A DNA stretch of 63,900 nucleotides, filler included, from Dicyema japonicum (taxonomy: Eukaryota; Animalia; Dicyemida), in assembly GCA_011109175.1 (NCBI GenBank). It is 5 parts of 5 records of this genome, joined end to end, with 100 filler letters (N's around TTAATTAATTAA, not from the genome) between each part and the next. Parts side by side here need not be neighbours in the genome. Positions count along the whole stretch, not along the records: positions 1 to 25,423 come from RDEW01000173.1; positions 25,524 to 44,619 come from RDEW01000088.1; 3 more parts are not named here. One strand, given 5' to 3'. Made by a program: the position numbers and the translations under genes. Each line of letters begins with the position of its first letter. The first letter of the stretch is position 1. Under the pieces are notes generated by a model that made no database searches, was not told the origin of the DNA, and was given only the letters and a program-made list of their open reading frames with translations. Positions 24,240-38,156 of this stretch are shown in pieces.

Positions 24240-25287
24240 AATTTGCCGAGGAAAGCTTATTGATGTTTTGCGAGGATTCCTTAATAAGGATTCGGTCAGA
24301 ATGATAGAGGTTTCATTGTCAAACACAGAACTGACGGTACGAGTTGGCAGTACGTCGTTCAGAAAGTTTTTGACGACTGTGGATACCCCCAGGGGATTCC
24401 CTTCCCTTTGCTGTTTGTGGTATACTGGAGGCAGCACTGCGTGGTCTTAGACGTTTTTAAAATGGCCAAATCACCGAAATTGTATACACTGATGATGTGG
24501 ATTTCGTATCTGAAGATAAAACAGTATTGAGGCGGTTACTTGACGTTGCCCCTGCAGAGCTTGGGAAATGGTTTCTTACGGTGAATACAACTAAAACTGA
24601 AATTGTGGAAATCGTACGCATAGGATCAAGATTGGAAGAGGCTGGAGACGTTCCAGAAAGCTCAGCTCCCTCCTCGGGACAGTGAGGACATCACCCGAGG
24701 AAAGTACTATTCACGGCCGCAATGTACAGGATGAAGACAGATTGTTGGTTAACAGACCGGTGACGATCGTGTTTCGTTTGCGTTTCTATAATTCTTTCGT
24801 GAAGCCGATCTTGTTATATAACTCTTCCTGCTGGGACTCGGTATCAGAAACCAAAAATCTTAACTCCATCCACCGAAGGCAATTACGAATACTTTGCGGG
24901 GTACAATGGCCGACACGTATCAACAATGAAGCACTGTACCAAAAGTGCTCAACGAGACCTGTGACTAGGGATGTGGTGGAGGACCGATGGAGACTGTTTG
25001 GACACCTCTTACGAATAGACCCCACATCACTTGCAAATTTGGCAATAGAAGAATATTTTGCTGCAAATGAAAAGAAATATCGGGGCGCCGCGTACTACAC
25101 AACTGGGGTGCTGAATGAGGATCTCAAGGCAACCAACCGGAGGCTCGTAAGTTGGGAAGATCTGGATGCTATGAAAAGTTTGGCATGTAACAGGGGAGGA
25201 TGGACGAGATTGATCCGAAAAATTGCTTTAAGTGACGTGTGGAAATATAACAATTATGTTTCTACGATAGTTGCTTATAATAAATAA
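24240..25287 (+). mobile_element. RTE-clade LINE, 5' truncated and frameshifted RT
   Basis: TTVDTP.G, YTDDVDF, LTVNTTKTE, RLRFYNSFVKPILLYNS, HRRQLRILCGVQWPTRINNEALY, RWRLFGHLLR. Confidence 0.9.
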
Positions 25288-25423
25288 TTATCCCCTCTAC
25301 AAAATTGTAGTCAATAATATTGTATATATAGAATGGGTTCTCATACTCATTTTTCTAGTTCTTGTGAAAGTAGTTGTATGTTATGCTGGTTGTTGAAACG
25401 AACTGTTGCATAGGAACAGTTAT

Positions 25424-25523
25424 NNNNNNNNNNNNNNNNNNNNNNNNNNNNNNNNNNNNNNNNNNNNTTAATTAATTAANNNNNNNNNNNNNNNNNNNNN
25501 NNNNNNNNNNNNNNNNNNNNNNN
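25424..25523. other. Artificial scaffold-joining linker (also 44620-44719, 56448-56547, 62721-62820)
   Basis: 44 N + TTAATTAATTAA (stop codons in six frames) + 44 N, identical four times. Confidence 0.95.
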
Positions 25524-25620
25524 TTTTTTATAAAAATGGCTTGGGAAGACGTATGGGCGATAAAAATTTAAAATTGTTACAAAATAACTGAAAAGAATAG
25601 ATTTGAAGAACAGTCTACAG

Positions 25621-26140
25621 CAGCGTTTTCCAACTTTTTTGTGCTCGCCGGTATTTAAAATCAGGTTTTTTTTGTCGCGGCACATTTAATTATAAATGTT
25701 TTTTTAATTAATATATTAAAGCTTAACAAAAAAATTACAAAAAAATTGTGATTACTAATGAGACACTTCTGCTTGTTTACGTGTACACAAAATTTCCATA
25801 GACGGGGACAAATTTGCGTCAAACATATCGGAGGTCATCCTCATTTGACAACATGTTTCTGTTTTTCGATTTAATGTCTACAAGACAAGAGAAAGATTGG
25901 CATTTTGAGTCTGCTGAGATTTTAACATTTTCTTGAAATATGACGATTTCTTATCTTATTAATGAAAGTGAATAGTGGCTAAATGCCTTTTCATCTTCGA
26001 CGGGAATTTTACTGCATACAATGCACCTTTATAGTGGAAATTTATAATCTCCATTCCAGTTAAATCCAAAGTTCAAATTATTTTTAAGAATAATTCGTAT
26101 TTTTTTGTTTTTTTTATTCGCAGATGATTGATGATATGGA
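25621..26140 (-). mobile_element. Internally deleted hAT (ZBED5/Buster-like); a compatible terminus lies at ~30100-30151
   Basis: End cagcgttttccaac; N-terminal LNFGFNWNGD..P..CIVC joined to C-terminal CQSFSCLVDIKSKNRN.L.NEDD. Confidence 0.65.
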
Positions 26141-29100
26141 CCAGACCAACAAAAAATTGCTCATAACTAGCTATTTTTTTTAATTGATTTATTTTATAAA
26201 CAATGGCCAGTCAGTGTATTTGAGGGTTATAAAACGTCACGCAGTGGCAGTCAGTATCGACTGCGTGTTGCCAAGCTATTTTAATTTATTATTTTTTTAA
26301 AAGTTTTATTTACTATTAAATTTAAAGAAAGAAGGAAGTGAGGGGTGGGAGTCGATCCTTAGGATAAGAAGCGTAATTTGTGAATTGTAAATTCTCATTC
26401 CAGGCAAGCACTGCCTTCACCAAGAAAAGCAAAAGATGATGGAGGTTTTTTGTCACTGTGGTAAAGACTAAGAAAAGTGAGCTGATGAGGATTGGACATT
26501 GTTGTAAAACATGATTAGAATTGATAAGAAAATAATGTAAATCATTCGATGAAGGAATTTGTAAGGATAATCGGTGATTCGGAATAGATCGAAAAAGATT
26601 TTATCGAAACTTAACAATGAAAGAAGTGACACTAAATGGATTTGATGTGTCTTCTTTTTGGAAAAAAAACTCGAGCGAGAGAAATGAAAGGCCTAAATCA
26701 TATTGGAAGACGGCCTACTGGTGCTGAACAATGCTGCAAAGTCAGAAAAATGGTTTTTGATTATCACGGAAGTGTAAAGATTTTTCAGAACCCAAGTAAC
26801 TATCAAACAGTGTGACAAAAATCTTGATGTATGAGTAAACAAAAATTCGTTTGTTTCAGTTAAACCTAACCCAAACAGTCTAAAAAGCAAAAAATAAAAT
26901 GTTTCTATCTTTTTGGAGACTGCTATTTAAATAAAATGAAGTTTTCCCGGAGGACTACATTTTAAATGTCATTCCAAAAATCTAGATTCAATCAGTAAAA
27001 TATAGTTATTTTGTTTAAAGAATTGAGTTATAAATACAGAAATGAATTACATTTTGTAAAAATTCAATTCAAACGGGATATTGAACGTCAATTTGAACTG
27101 CCTTTCAAGGGGAATGTAAATTCCGTAATTTATGCAAGTTTTCCCACTAGTTCTGATCATTTCTGGAGTTTTATTTGACAACTACTCACTCTGGTTATAT
27201 AGAGAGACATTTTCCTTAATTTTGATCATCGAATTCATTTATTACGTAACGTCATTATAACCCAGTAGGAAAAAACCAAGTTTGAGATACATTATGCATA
27301 TACTGATATTTTATGTCTGCGTTTTTTAAATGTATCTACGCGAATTATCAGTATATTGTGGATGTTGAAATGAGAAAATTGTTTTAGCTGAGAGAAATTT
27401 GGTATTCTTGATATCTTATGTGTTATGAAAAGAAAATTTCCGTTTCTTTGGAAAGAATCGAAGCTAATCTTAACCGTTCCTTTAAATGTATGGGAGTTTG
27501 TAGTTGCATATTGAGAGTCCAGATACGACTCAACGTGCTGTGTTTGATAATACAGCCAAAGGTCTGTCTTTACGGACTGTGCATTATTGCGCCTCCCAAC
27601 GACATTTTTCATTTATTGGTGTCAATTTTAGAAATTTCCTGAGAAATAGAATGCTTAGTCTGTTTATCCAGCCATTCCTGCCATACAAGGCCGCACCCCA
27701 GAAAGAAATAATTTTGGAACATATCCAAGCAACATTCTCTAATTCTAGATTTCAGGAAGACACTATTCTCTTCACCCCCAATAACGAAATAGCAAATTTT
27801 CATGTGGAAGTCGTTCCTTCGATTAGATAAACTGGCTTGATTTCGAGTCATCGCTGATAAACTTTGAACTGAATATTAAGAGGCAGATACTGCCGGATAT
27901 GGGGTACATAATAAGTGATGTGACCTAGACATCTCCCAAAATTTTTTCAGTGTAACCGGGGGGGGGGTTGTTGTGTGTGAATGAATGAATAAAGAGTTAG
28001 CAGAGGCAAAAATGTGAAAGAAATTATATTGCCAATGTTAAAATATGAGAATTGCCTTTGTTCAGTGTAATCTTGAGATTTAATGTTTGTGTGTTTTTGA
28101 AATAAAATTATAGTGAATTTTGAAATGTGAAAATTGTTTTGTTAAGAATTATCTTGCATTTTGTAAATGTGTTGATATTTCATATTTATATTTTTTGGAA
28201 GTACAATTATTAATTAACGCGAATCTTAAATTGCTTCTAAAGTGCGTTTATATATTAATTCTAATCAAGAATTCGAAAAATCAAGAAATTATAAATTAAA
28301 ATTATTATTTTATAATAGGACGCTCAAAATTAATTTTCATAATTTTAATAAATATTTTTTGACCTTATTCTTAGAATGGATATTGTACCATATGTCTATG
28401 TCTTACTGTGGGAGCCTAGTTTTGCTGAAGTTTACTTGATATGTTATAATTAATAAGAATAAAGATCACATAGAGACCGGGTCATCAACATGGACTATTC
28501 ACGGCCTCTGGTTCGTTAAACGTTTTCATATAAGTGGGGGAAGTCCATTCTCTATTGATAAATTAAATGTACTGTTTTAAAAAATTAATTCTTAGCCAAT
28601 AAGGGAAGAACTAGATAAATATTTTTCTAGCTACAGTGAAAGAAATGAAATGTTTTGGTGATTATTGAGTTAAATTAANTTACTTGATATGTTATAATTA
28701 ATAAGAATAAAGATCACATAGAGACCGGGTCATCAACATGGACTATTCACGGCCTCTGGTTCGTTAAACGTTTTCATATAAGTGGGGGAAGTTCATTCTC
28801 TATTGATAAATTAAATGTACAGTTTTAAAAAATTAATTCTTAGCCAATAAGGGAAGAACTAGATAAATATTTTTCTAGCTACAGTGAAAGAAATGAAATG
28901 TTTTGGTGATTATTGAGTTAAATTAAACTCAGGGAACACGAATGGAATAAACATGGACAAAATTTTGAAAGAATTCTCGGTGGAGAACTGGAATATTTTA
29001 ATAAAGCGTTGGAATTGCGTAGAAACCTTGATTTTGACAAGTAAAGTTAATAAGTGATACATTCTAGAAAACTTTCTGATTCTGGGATTATCCCGTCAAG

Positions 29101-30505
29101 AAACATAACTTATTCGGTTTGATTGCAAACAATAAGATTTAGCTTCTCCATTTTGAAGATGTAATTTTCAAGTCGTATGGGGTTACTGTGAAGGTTTCTA
29201 CCGACCATCTCAACAACATTAATCAAGTCTTTTTTTATTATGACAGTGATTTTAATCTGGTGAATTATCCCTGTGATGAGATCAACTATCCTCCATTTGA
29301 TTGAGTCGTTAAAACACCTATCTGTTTTAACGACCTATCTGTCAGTAATTTTGGGACTGGTTTTGATTAAGATTTGGTTTTTCTTTTTATTAAATCAATA
29401 ATAATTCAAGTTATGTTAAACTAGTTAACAATAAAATTCATTGATTATCCTATTTAAATTGACATTAAGTTAATAAACAGACAAATCGATTGAATCATAA
29501 AGTTTCTGGTGACTAAAAGATAAAATTTGTTTTATTTCGGGTCTTTGGGTTCTTTTCTGTCGAGGTTAACGGGCTTGAGTTTTGGCAAGCCCTTCATCTC
29601 CATCCTCACTGAAATTTTTTCCATTATAAATTTGCGAAATTTAGCGCAAAACGGGAAAAAAGTCAAGTCCGTAATTTCGTTAACGAACTTGACTTATTTT
29701 CCGTTCTGAAAGAATCTTTAAAGAATCAAAGTTTTATTCATTAATTGTTAATTTCTGGTCTGCAAGGGAAACATATTTGAGCAGTTTCTCCATTACAATA
29801 AAAATTGAAATTTTCATGGAAAATGATTTCATATTTGTTTATTACCGGAAAAACAGGTATGTTTCTACTTTTCACTTCGGAGACCGTCAAGCTCTCTATC
29901 TCCGGATTTTCTCCGTTGACAAAGTATTCGGCTTATGAAGGACGGAAAAAACAGCAGGAGAAACCCTAAAAGCANACCACATTGGATTCTGAATTTTTTC
30001 AACAAATTCAGAATTCCCTTCCAATTTAAAAAACTCACACATTTCGTCCTTTAAGTCAAAAACCCTCGTTAATGAAAAAATTTATTCAAATTTGTATTTG
30101 TCAGGCGGCACACTAGAAATCGTCTCGCGGCACACCGTTTGACAACCTCTGGCATAGATAAAACAAAGGAAGCCAGCTATTTCGGCAGGCTCGAGGCTGA
30201 CGCGAACGAAAAAAAGTTTGAGCATACAATTGCAAGTGATATCAGTTTCCAAAAACCGATCTCTTGAACTAAGCTTTTAAAGTTTATTTTCACGACGGAA
30301 CATTTTAATGAAATTACGATCTAAACATTAGATTCTAAAGCATTAACACCAGCCAAAATGAACAATTTAAATAATTTGTTTTTTTTTAAAAAACAAGGTT
30401 TTATTAGGAAATAATGTGAATATTGTAGGTCTTTCCTTATGAAGCTCCTTACAATAAATAATAATAATAATAAAATTTCTATATAAAAAAAAATTTTAAA
30501 AAAGT

Positions 30506-30590
30506 ATTGTAAATCACAGTTTGTTCCCAGACGGTCACCCAGCCAAGTACTAGAACAACCTGTAATCGTTTAAATTTGATGAATTACTCC
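30506..30590 (-). pseudogene. 5S rRNA pseudogene (3' two-thirds)
   Basis: Minus strand tagtacttggctgggtgaccgtctgggaa matches the 5S internal control region (TAGTACTTGGATGGGAGACCGCCTGGGAA) and is followed by T runs. Confidence 0.7.
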
Positions 30591-31737
30591 CTTACATTTG
30601 AAGATGATGAATATAAATGTAATGTCATTATCAACATATTAAGATCTTCTTGGTTAATTTCGATTTTTTTAAACACGGAGTTAAGGATCTTCTTAGAAGA
30701 TCCATTACCATAACAAATAGAGGGGGCGAAAATGAATCTTTTCTATTACAGGCCATGAAGTTAAGAGTAATAAGTTAAGAGTAATTTGTATTTTGTTAAT
30801 GTTTTGATATTTTATGTTTGTGTGTTTTTGAAATAAAATTATGTATCATTTTATGTCACAGGTCGGAGGCGGAACCGCGCCGGAGCCGGAACCCAAAAAA
30901 ATTTCAAATTTTTTTAAAATTAAAATTTTACACTAAAATATTTATTAAAACATTTAAATATACATTTTTTGCTTAACTTTATTTCACTTTTTCTCGGCGA
31001 GAAAGCAGCATCCCATATTTTACGACGACTCAACGTAATAATTTAAACATTTTTATTCAGTTTTTCAGGCCGACCACCATTATTATTTATAAATTGAATT
31101 TGCAGTCTTCATATTATAGAAGAATGAATAGGAAAATGGGAGTCCATCTATCAAAATATGAGTTAGATGTTGGAGATTTTGTATTCTATTTTTATTTATT
31201 TATTTATTTAACCCCATTCCCCCCTGAAATTGGAAGGAATGCGGCACGAAGAAAACCGACAGACCTCTTAGGGTCACACCATAAGTATATATTAAAGCAC
31301 GCTAGCGGCGCGTTGCGTTTCTTGTGGTGTTCATTTCTTTTCTTGAAACTCAACCAAATATAAGAGCTATTTATCTGGTCAACGTGGGCGCTCTAATGGA
31401 GTCACCAGATCTGTATCTACAGAAAAATCGTCCCACAATAGTCCCCCGGGGTAACACTCCTCTATTTTTAATTACCTAAAGGTTCGTGTACAAAAAGATT
31501 ATGGGACAAATCCTTCATTGACATTTTATTTTTGACAATCATTGACATTGATGGATCGCTCGCAGCGCTCGCGACATATTTGAAGTACGTACCATCTATG
31601 AATAACATGTTATGTTAATTATGTTGAGAAAATTAATAGATTATATTAATCGTTTCTGTTTTGATATGACTTGTGAAAGGTTTGTTTTTTGCAGCCTAAA
31701 ATATACCCACAAAACAAATTGTATCATTCTAATATTT

Positions 31738-31848
31738 AACGGATGGCTACAAATAGTGTTACCACTCCAAATAGTATGACCATTTTCAAGAAATTTTTGG
31801 TCATACTATTTAATAGTATGATTCATACTATTTGGAGTTATCCGTTAG
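31738..31848. mobile_element. Tiny palindromic MITE-like element
   Basis: aacggat...caaatagt / actatttggagttatccgtt inverted ends with internal aatagtatg repeats. Confidence 0.45.
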
Positions 31849-32639
31849 TTAAACTTTTTCGTCAATAAACTAAAAAATAATATTATATAGTTAAAAAAAT
31901 AATAATTTCGATGGTGAAAATTCTATAATCTCTTCAAATGAACAAATAATAGTTCGACTCGCTAGAAATGAAATTGCCGTAAAATTGCGAGAAATTGAAA
32001 AGACACTTATCGAAATTCTCGAAAACGAAAATGTCAAGCTGATTTTTAAATTATAGGATTTGAAAAAAGAATGTAAAAAACAACAAATGGGACTGGAATA
32101 TTATTTTAATAAAATCATAATCATTTGTCACAGTATTTTTTATTATTAATAATTTTTTCCAATGAAAAGTTTTCTGAAAAAANNNNNNNNNNNNNNNNNN
32201 NNNNNNNNNNNNNNNNNNNNNNNNNNNNNNNNNNNNNNNNNNNNNNNNNNNNNNNNNNNNNNNNNNNNNNNNNNNNNNNNNNNNNNNNNNNNNNNNNNNN
32301 NNNNNNNNNNNNNNNNNNNNNNNNNNNNNNNNNNNNNNNNNNNNNNNNNNNNNNNNNNNNNNNNNNNNNNNNNNNNNNNNNNNNNNNNNNNNNNNNNNNN
32401 NNNNNNNNNNNNNNNNNNNNNNNNNNNNNNNNNTTTTTTTTGGTTATAAATTTTCGATTTCATAAAAAAGCGCATAAATATATGTTTCTCAAAAAAACTA
32501 AAAAATGTAAAATACTTTATTCCATGTTAAAAATAAATTTGAGACATATTTGTAATATTGTCCCATAGTAAATTCATGAGAAAATGGATGTTCAGTTTTT
32601 ATTTTTGTTCACTGTATATATTTTAATATTGCGATTTTT

Positions 32640-33072
32640 TGGCGATCGAATTATAGCAAATAGCTTTTCCTTCACAGTTAAATCATTGAAGATTAAACGG
32701 GAAAATACTTTCAGTCCTTCTGACAACGGACTGTTTTAAGAGTTGCATGTTTTTAATACAATTTGAAATTTCCTGTTTATCTTTCATATCATCAAATAGT
32801 GAATCAGCAGCTTCCAAAAAACATGGCTCCCTTTTCGACAAGGGGGCCACTGGCTCCCCTTTGGGCATGGCTGATTTAGGTAAAAGACAATTAAATTCAT
32901 AAAAAGACACGTGAAAAATAATAACTTTATTGATTATTTTTCATGATAATTTAAATACAAAAATAACTTTATTATTGATAATTATTTTTTAAATCACGTG
33001 TCTTTTTATGAGGTGCAAAAATATAATTAATAATTTATATATCGAAGGCGATCGACTGGTTGGCCACCCCTG
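32640..33072 (-). mobile_element. hAT (GTF2IRD2/SPIN-like) transposase fragment and terminus
   Basis: CFLEAADSLFDDMKDKQEISNCIKNMQL...VVRR; end cgatcgactggttggccacccctg. Confidence 0.65.
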
Positions 33073-34411
33073 CATTACTCTATGTCTTCTAAAACCCTGA
33101 AAAATCGGTATCTGTTCATTTTTTTATTATAGCGTTAAAACAAATAAGGGAATTCGTTTTGATCAAATTAAATGGAATCTTTTCGGGTGGAGCACTTTGA
33201 TCTCGTGGAACCATTCGAGAATTTCTGATTTGGATCTTCAACTGATCCAAACCACATAACGTCGATTTAGTTCCACATTTTAGACTTCCTTCCTTACTTC
33301 CTTACTTCCTTCCTTAACCGGTTAATTTTTTTATATTTTTTTTAATTTTTTGAAACAAATTTAAAAAAAATATGTTAAAACCACAATCAAATAAAAAATT
33401 ATTTTCAAACACTAGGTCAGGTTCACCACTTTGTAGGTCTCTAATTCTTTTTTGGTTATCTCTCTCGATCCTCTTTCAAAGTCAATAACAAAATTGGTAT
33501 TAAAAGTGTGATCATTTAAATAGTATTCGAATCTCTCATGAACATTATTGAACACAGGAGTAATCTAATAAATTTAAAAGGTAAGATAAAATTACTTCAA
33601 AAAATTGTTTGAATTCATGATAGTCTATAAAATGTGCAAACTCTGAATCATATGGATTTACAAACCATAATGACCCTTGTTTGAAATCAAAGAACAGAAA
33701 AAAATCCGAAAACATTTTTAAAACATNAAATTTTTTGAATTCAGGATAGTCAATAAAATGTGCAAACTCGGAATCATATGGATTTACAAACCATAATGAC
33801 CCTTGTTTGAAATCATAAAACAGAGTAAAATCCTCATTGTTTTGTTTGTTTTTCAAATAGGCTGTACTGCATAGGATATCCTGGATCTAAGAATCATTTA
33901 TTACAAAAATATAAACGTCATCACTGTCGAAAAATCCATAATGATCGTCAGAATTGTAAACCGAGGAATCGCTATCATAAAACATTTTTAAAACATTCGT
34001 TAAAATGTATTCAATTTTGTATAATTGGCTTTTCGATTTAAAATAAATTATATTAAATATAGATGTATTATAATATAATATTAAATATTAAAATTTATAA
34101 TTAAGTGTTGTCCACAATTTATAATTAAGTTAAATTTTTAACATTCATAACCTAAGAAAAATTATACAACTTTTGCTTGGATTAGTTTGAGTAAATATGC
34201 GTTCTTTTCCTTTATTGAAGCAAAGGTTATCTAAATTGTATGTGGCAACAAATTTAATAATAAAAATACATTTAACAAACAGTCAATTAATTAATATCAA
34301 CGTAATCATCCACCAAATCAATTATTTCTAATTAGGGTAAATGATATATATCACACTCTCTAGTTGATGGTTAATTCCTCGCCAAATGATATTAATGTTG
34401 GTGATGAGCAN

Positions 34412-36406
34412 GATTCTCAAGCTTTTTTAATCAGGGGCCACAAACTTAAAAAAAATATTTACAGGGGCCACCAATATTTTTTAACAATTATTTATTACTA
34501 AAAAAATCAAAATTAGGTTTAATTTTACTAGTTGAAGTACGCAACAAATCACTTAGATGACTATCAGTCAATTTGTTGCGAAACTTCGTTTTAATTCGAA
34601 CAAGTTTACTAAATGTCGATTCGCAGACATATGTTGATCCAAACATCGCTAAATTGATTTTAGCATTATTGATTAGATTCGGAAATCGGCCCTCTGGAAG
34701 TCTCGAATAAAATTCGATCATTGAAATGCTGCTGAACACACTTTTCAGTTTAATATCAGCTTGTAAATCAATTAATTCCAGTTGGTAAATTCCGGAAACC
34801 TCCTCACTTTTCATAATTAGTGGAGTCGCAAATAATCTCATTGAATTTAAGCCCTTTTTAAAGCTCTGTCAGTTTAAATTAAATACTAATACCTGAAATC
34901 TTGCTTCAAATTGTGAAATTAAATCTTCAATTATTTTTAAATATTTTTCAGTTGAACCACCTTCGGAATTTTCCGACAAATATGGGAAATGTATGTATTC
35001 TTTAGTAGATATCTGCGTTTTCCATAAACGTAATTTCTGAGCGAATGCATCAATATATCCATAAATTTGATAATTAAGCTTATTTTCGCCTTATAGTTCG
35101 ATATTCAGGGTAGACAGATGTACAGATATATCAACATAAAATACTAAATCTGCTACCCATCCTTTGTCTTTCAATAGTGTATTGTCCACTTTATTTTCAG
35201 TGAATAAAATAATTTCAGCAAGAAGTTGATAAAATCTATATATAAATATAAAAGAAATTTACCTTCTGAGACAAGAGCTACGGCTTAACCATCTCACTAC
35301 TGAAAAAAGAAGGACATCACCATAATCCGAATCCGTTTCAGTTAAAAATGTTTTAAATTTTCGGTGATTCAAAGCGTTCGCCAGAATCCAATTAACGATT
35401 CTTATTACAACTTCAGAAACATTTTCCATTTTTATATTTTTAGAAATTAGATTTTCCTGATGTATAATGCAATGATGCCATAATATTGGAGTCCAGTTAT
35501 TATCACATCTCCATTTATTCATAAGTCCAAGAAATCCAGTTTTACTGCCAACCATAGAAAGAGCATCATCAGTTGAAATTGAAACTAATTTCCTCGGATC
35601 CAATTGATAATCTTCAATTAATTTCACAATTGGAGAAAAAATCTTTGTTCCTTTAGTTTCTTCGTGAAGGGAACACCACGAAAAAAATTGTTCGTATATC
35701 CGAAAATCAGATGTTACACCCCTAATAAACACTACTAATTGTTCGGTATCTGAAATATCTTTGGAACAATCAATTGCAAAAGAATAATAATGAAAATCTT
35801 TACAAATTCTAAAAATTAAGAAACAATTTTCATACTGTGAAAGTTCTGTAATCAGATTATCAGATATAGAACTGACTCTTTAGTAACAGTATCGTTACTT
35901 AGAGGTAACTTTTGTGCAATATCAAACACGGTGGCCGAACAACATTCTGACGCAAATATTTCAATTGCCTTTTTATATAATTCGCCATAAGAATAAGATT
36001 TCATATTTTTAGCCAATAGGTAACTAATTTTGTATGATGCCAAGTTAATATTAGACGAATATGCGCCACTTTTGAAAGTGAATGATCGTTGTAAATAATC
36101 TTCTTTTATTTGTTTTAGTTTTTTCATCAGAGACACACCAGTGAATGTGTCATAAACCATAGAGTGGGAACGGTAGTGCCGGTCGATTGTATATGTTTTT
36201 AAAGTGTTAATGAAAAAATTGCAGATTAGACAAAGAGCCTTCCCATTGACCTCAATAACGAAGAATTTTTCTTCCCAGAAGAGTTGAAAAAACCTATTTT
36301 TCTTGGAAATTTTTTGAGAACATTTAGGTTCCGGCATTACAAACCTATTTTTCTTGGGACCAAGGGGCCACCTGTAGCCCCTAGGGGGCACGCTTGAGAA
36401 TCACTG
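34412..36406 (-). mobile_element. Near full-length hAT Charlie/SPIN-type transposon with a decayed GTF2IRD2-like transposase
   Basis: TIR (cagt)gattctcaagc at both ends; right flank ttctagac (NTCTAGAN-type target). Peptides CLIC, FAIDCSKDISDTEQL.VFIRGV, ISTDDALSMVG, HCIIHQENL, VRWLSR, MFGSTYVCESTFS. Confidence 0.9.
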
Positions 36407-36500
36407 TTCTAGACCACTCAGCTAATTTTTAAGAAGGAAAATAAATAATTTTCATCTTGAGAAAATGTTAAAACTAAATATTTTATTTAAATTTATTTAG

Positions 36501-38156
36501 TTAAATTTCTTCTTTAGCACTTTCGTTTTCGTGGAGATCTACTAAGTTTTTTTCTATTCTATGCTTATGTGAGTCGCTCACAAAATCATTGTATAGTTTT
36601 TGGTTCTAAATTTCACAGATAAGCATTATTTATACAACCATAAGACATTCTAAAATTTTAATTTTATCTCGATTTTCTAAATTCAAATCCTCTACAACCG
36701 ACCATCCTCCATGTTGTGAAAAAACAACCGGAAAATTATAAAAGATTCCATTCGGAATTCCATACCAATCTAATATCCAGATAAAAATATTCTTCTAAAA
36801 AACCTTGAGATAAAATTCCTAATGAATATATTTTTCCGTCTCCACAACAAAGCCATTGTTCCAAAATTTCTATCACTTTATTGACATGAGCTATTAGGTT
36901 TTTATTTGGAACTATTTCCATTTTTCTCAAAACAGATTCAATCCACTTTTAAAATAAATTTTTAATATGATACTTTTTGATCATCTAAAATTTCTTTCAA
37001 AGGACGATAATAATCATTTGAAGATTTTTGAATGGCGCCATTTGAGTTAAGTACTTTAACGAACTCGTAAGAAATGTGAAATAAATTGTTGATATTTCCC
37101 CAAACCACAAGATCAACAACATCGGATACATTAACACATACTTTTTCCGAAATATATTTTCTCACCTAATTATTTTAGCAAATTAAAAATATATTTCACA
37201 GTTAAATCTATATTTCCTGTTACTGTGACCACGTTAGAATTAGGAAATCTATTTTTGTTCTCAGAATAAAATTCTTGGGCCAGATAATTCATATCTCCAG
37301 AAAATCCACAAAATACGTATTTTGTAGAAATTTGACATTTATTTTTACAACATTCAGAATAATATTTGACCAATGATACTTCGTTTTGTTTATAATTTTT
37401 AATAAACAAAACCAAATCACTTCCAATTAACGAATTTGGAAGTATCGAAAAAAAGTTGACACTTCGCAAACAATGAAATCCCACATCTTCAATACTCTTG
37501 AGTTCATTATATATTTCTTCTTTAAATTCTTCCATATATATATTTAATTGAATATCTTTATCAAAACAGAGTTTTGAGTTTAATAATTCTGTTATAAAAA
37601 ACATCCCTCCTTCTACGTTTGCATCTACAATTGTTATTATTTTTGGACATATTTTTGCCTTTTCGATTTTTTCCTAATTTTTAGAAATTAAAAAATTACT
37701 TTTCTATCAGTTTTCATTTTCCAGAGATAATTTTCTTTGGAAATTAATTTTAATATCGATGTCGGGATTTGACAAACAGCATTGTAATATTCAAAGGCAT
37801 ATTCTTGGAATTCATTTATTCTAAAAATATTCCTTAAAATAAAATGATTACCCGCCTATTATAAGTGCCTTGCCACCAGCATTCACGAGTTCTCTCCATA
37901 TAAGCGGTGAACGTCTATGATTCCAATTGTTTTTGCTACATACGTTTGAAAGCCATTCCTAGGAAATTATATTGAAACTAATAAAATATACATCCCATTC
38001 TTTTTGCAATTTTTGGTATTTTGTGACGCGAAAATCGTTCAAATTTTTTTCTAAGTAATCACATATATTTTCAGCAATTGCATAGAATGGACAGTCAGCT
38101 ATGCCTTATGAGATTTTAATATTTTTATATCAACCTGATATAACAATCTTTGCCAT
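36501..38156 (-). CDS. MDH1B: Putative malate dehydrogenase 1B (multi-exon)
   Basis: MAKIVISG|IADCPFYAIAENICDYLEKNLNDF...EWLSNVCSKNNWNHRRSPLIWRELVNAGGKALIIGG|INEFQEYA matches the MDH1B N-terminus; VVWGNI and SLGILSQG in the MDH domain; introns of about 26-33 nt (e.g. 38105-38134); stop at 36501-36503. Confidence 0.9.

Noticed and set aside
25424-25523. TTAATTAATTAA palindrome inside N runs (four times)
   Set aside because: Artificial six-frame-stop linker joining scaffolds; adjacency across these points has no biological meaning
28433-28926. ~246-bp direct duplication
   Set aside because: The copies meet at a single N: overlapping contig or haplotype ends joined by the scaffolder
33600-33830. 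Duplicated DFKQGSLWFVNPYDSEFAHFIDY peptide
   Set aside because: The junction is a single N; likely an allelic contig overlap rather than a repeat protein
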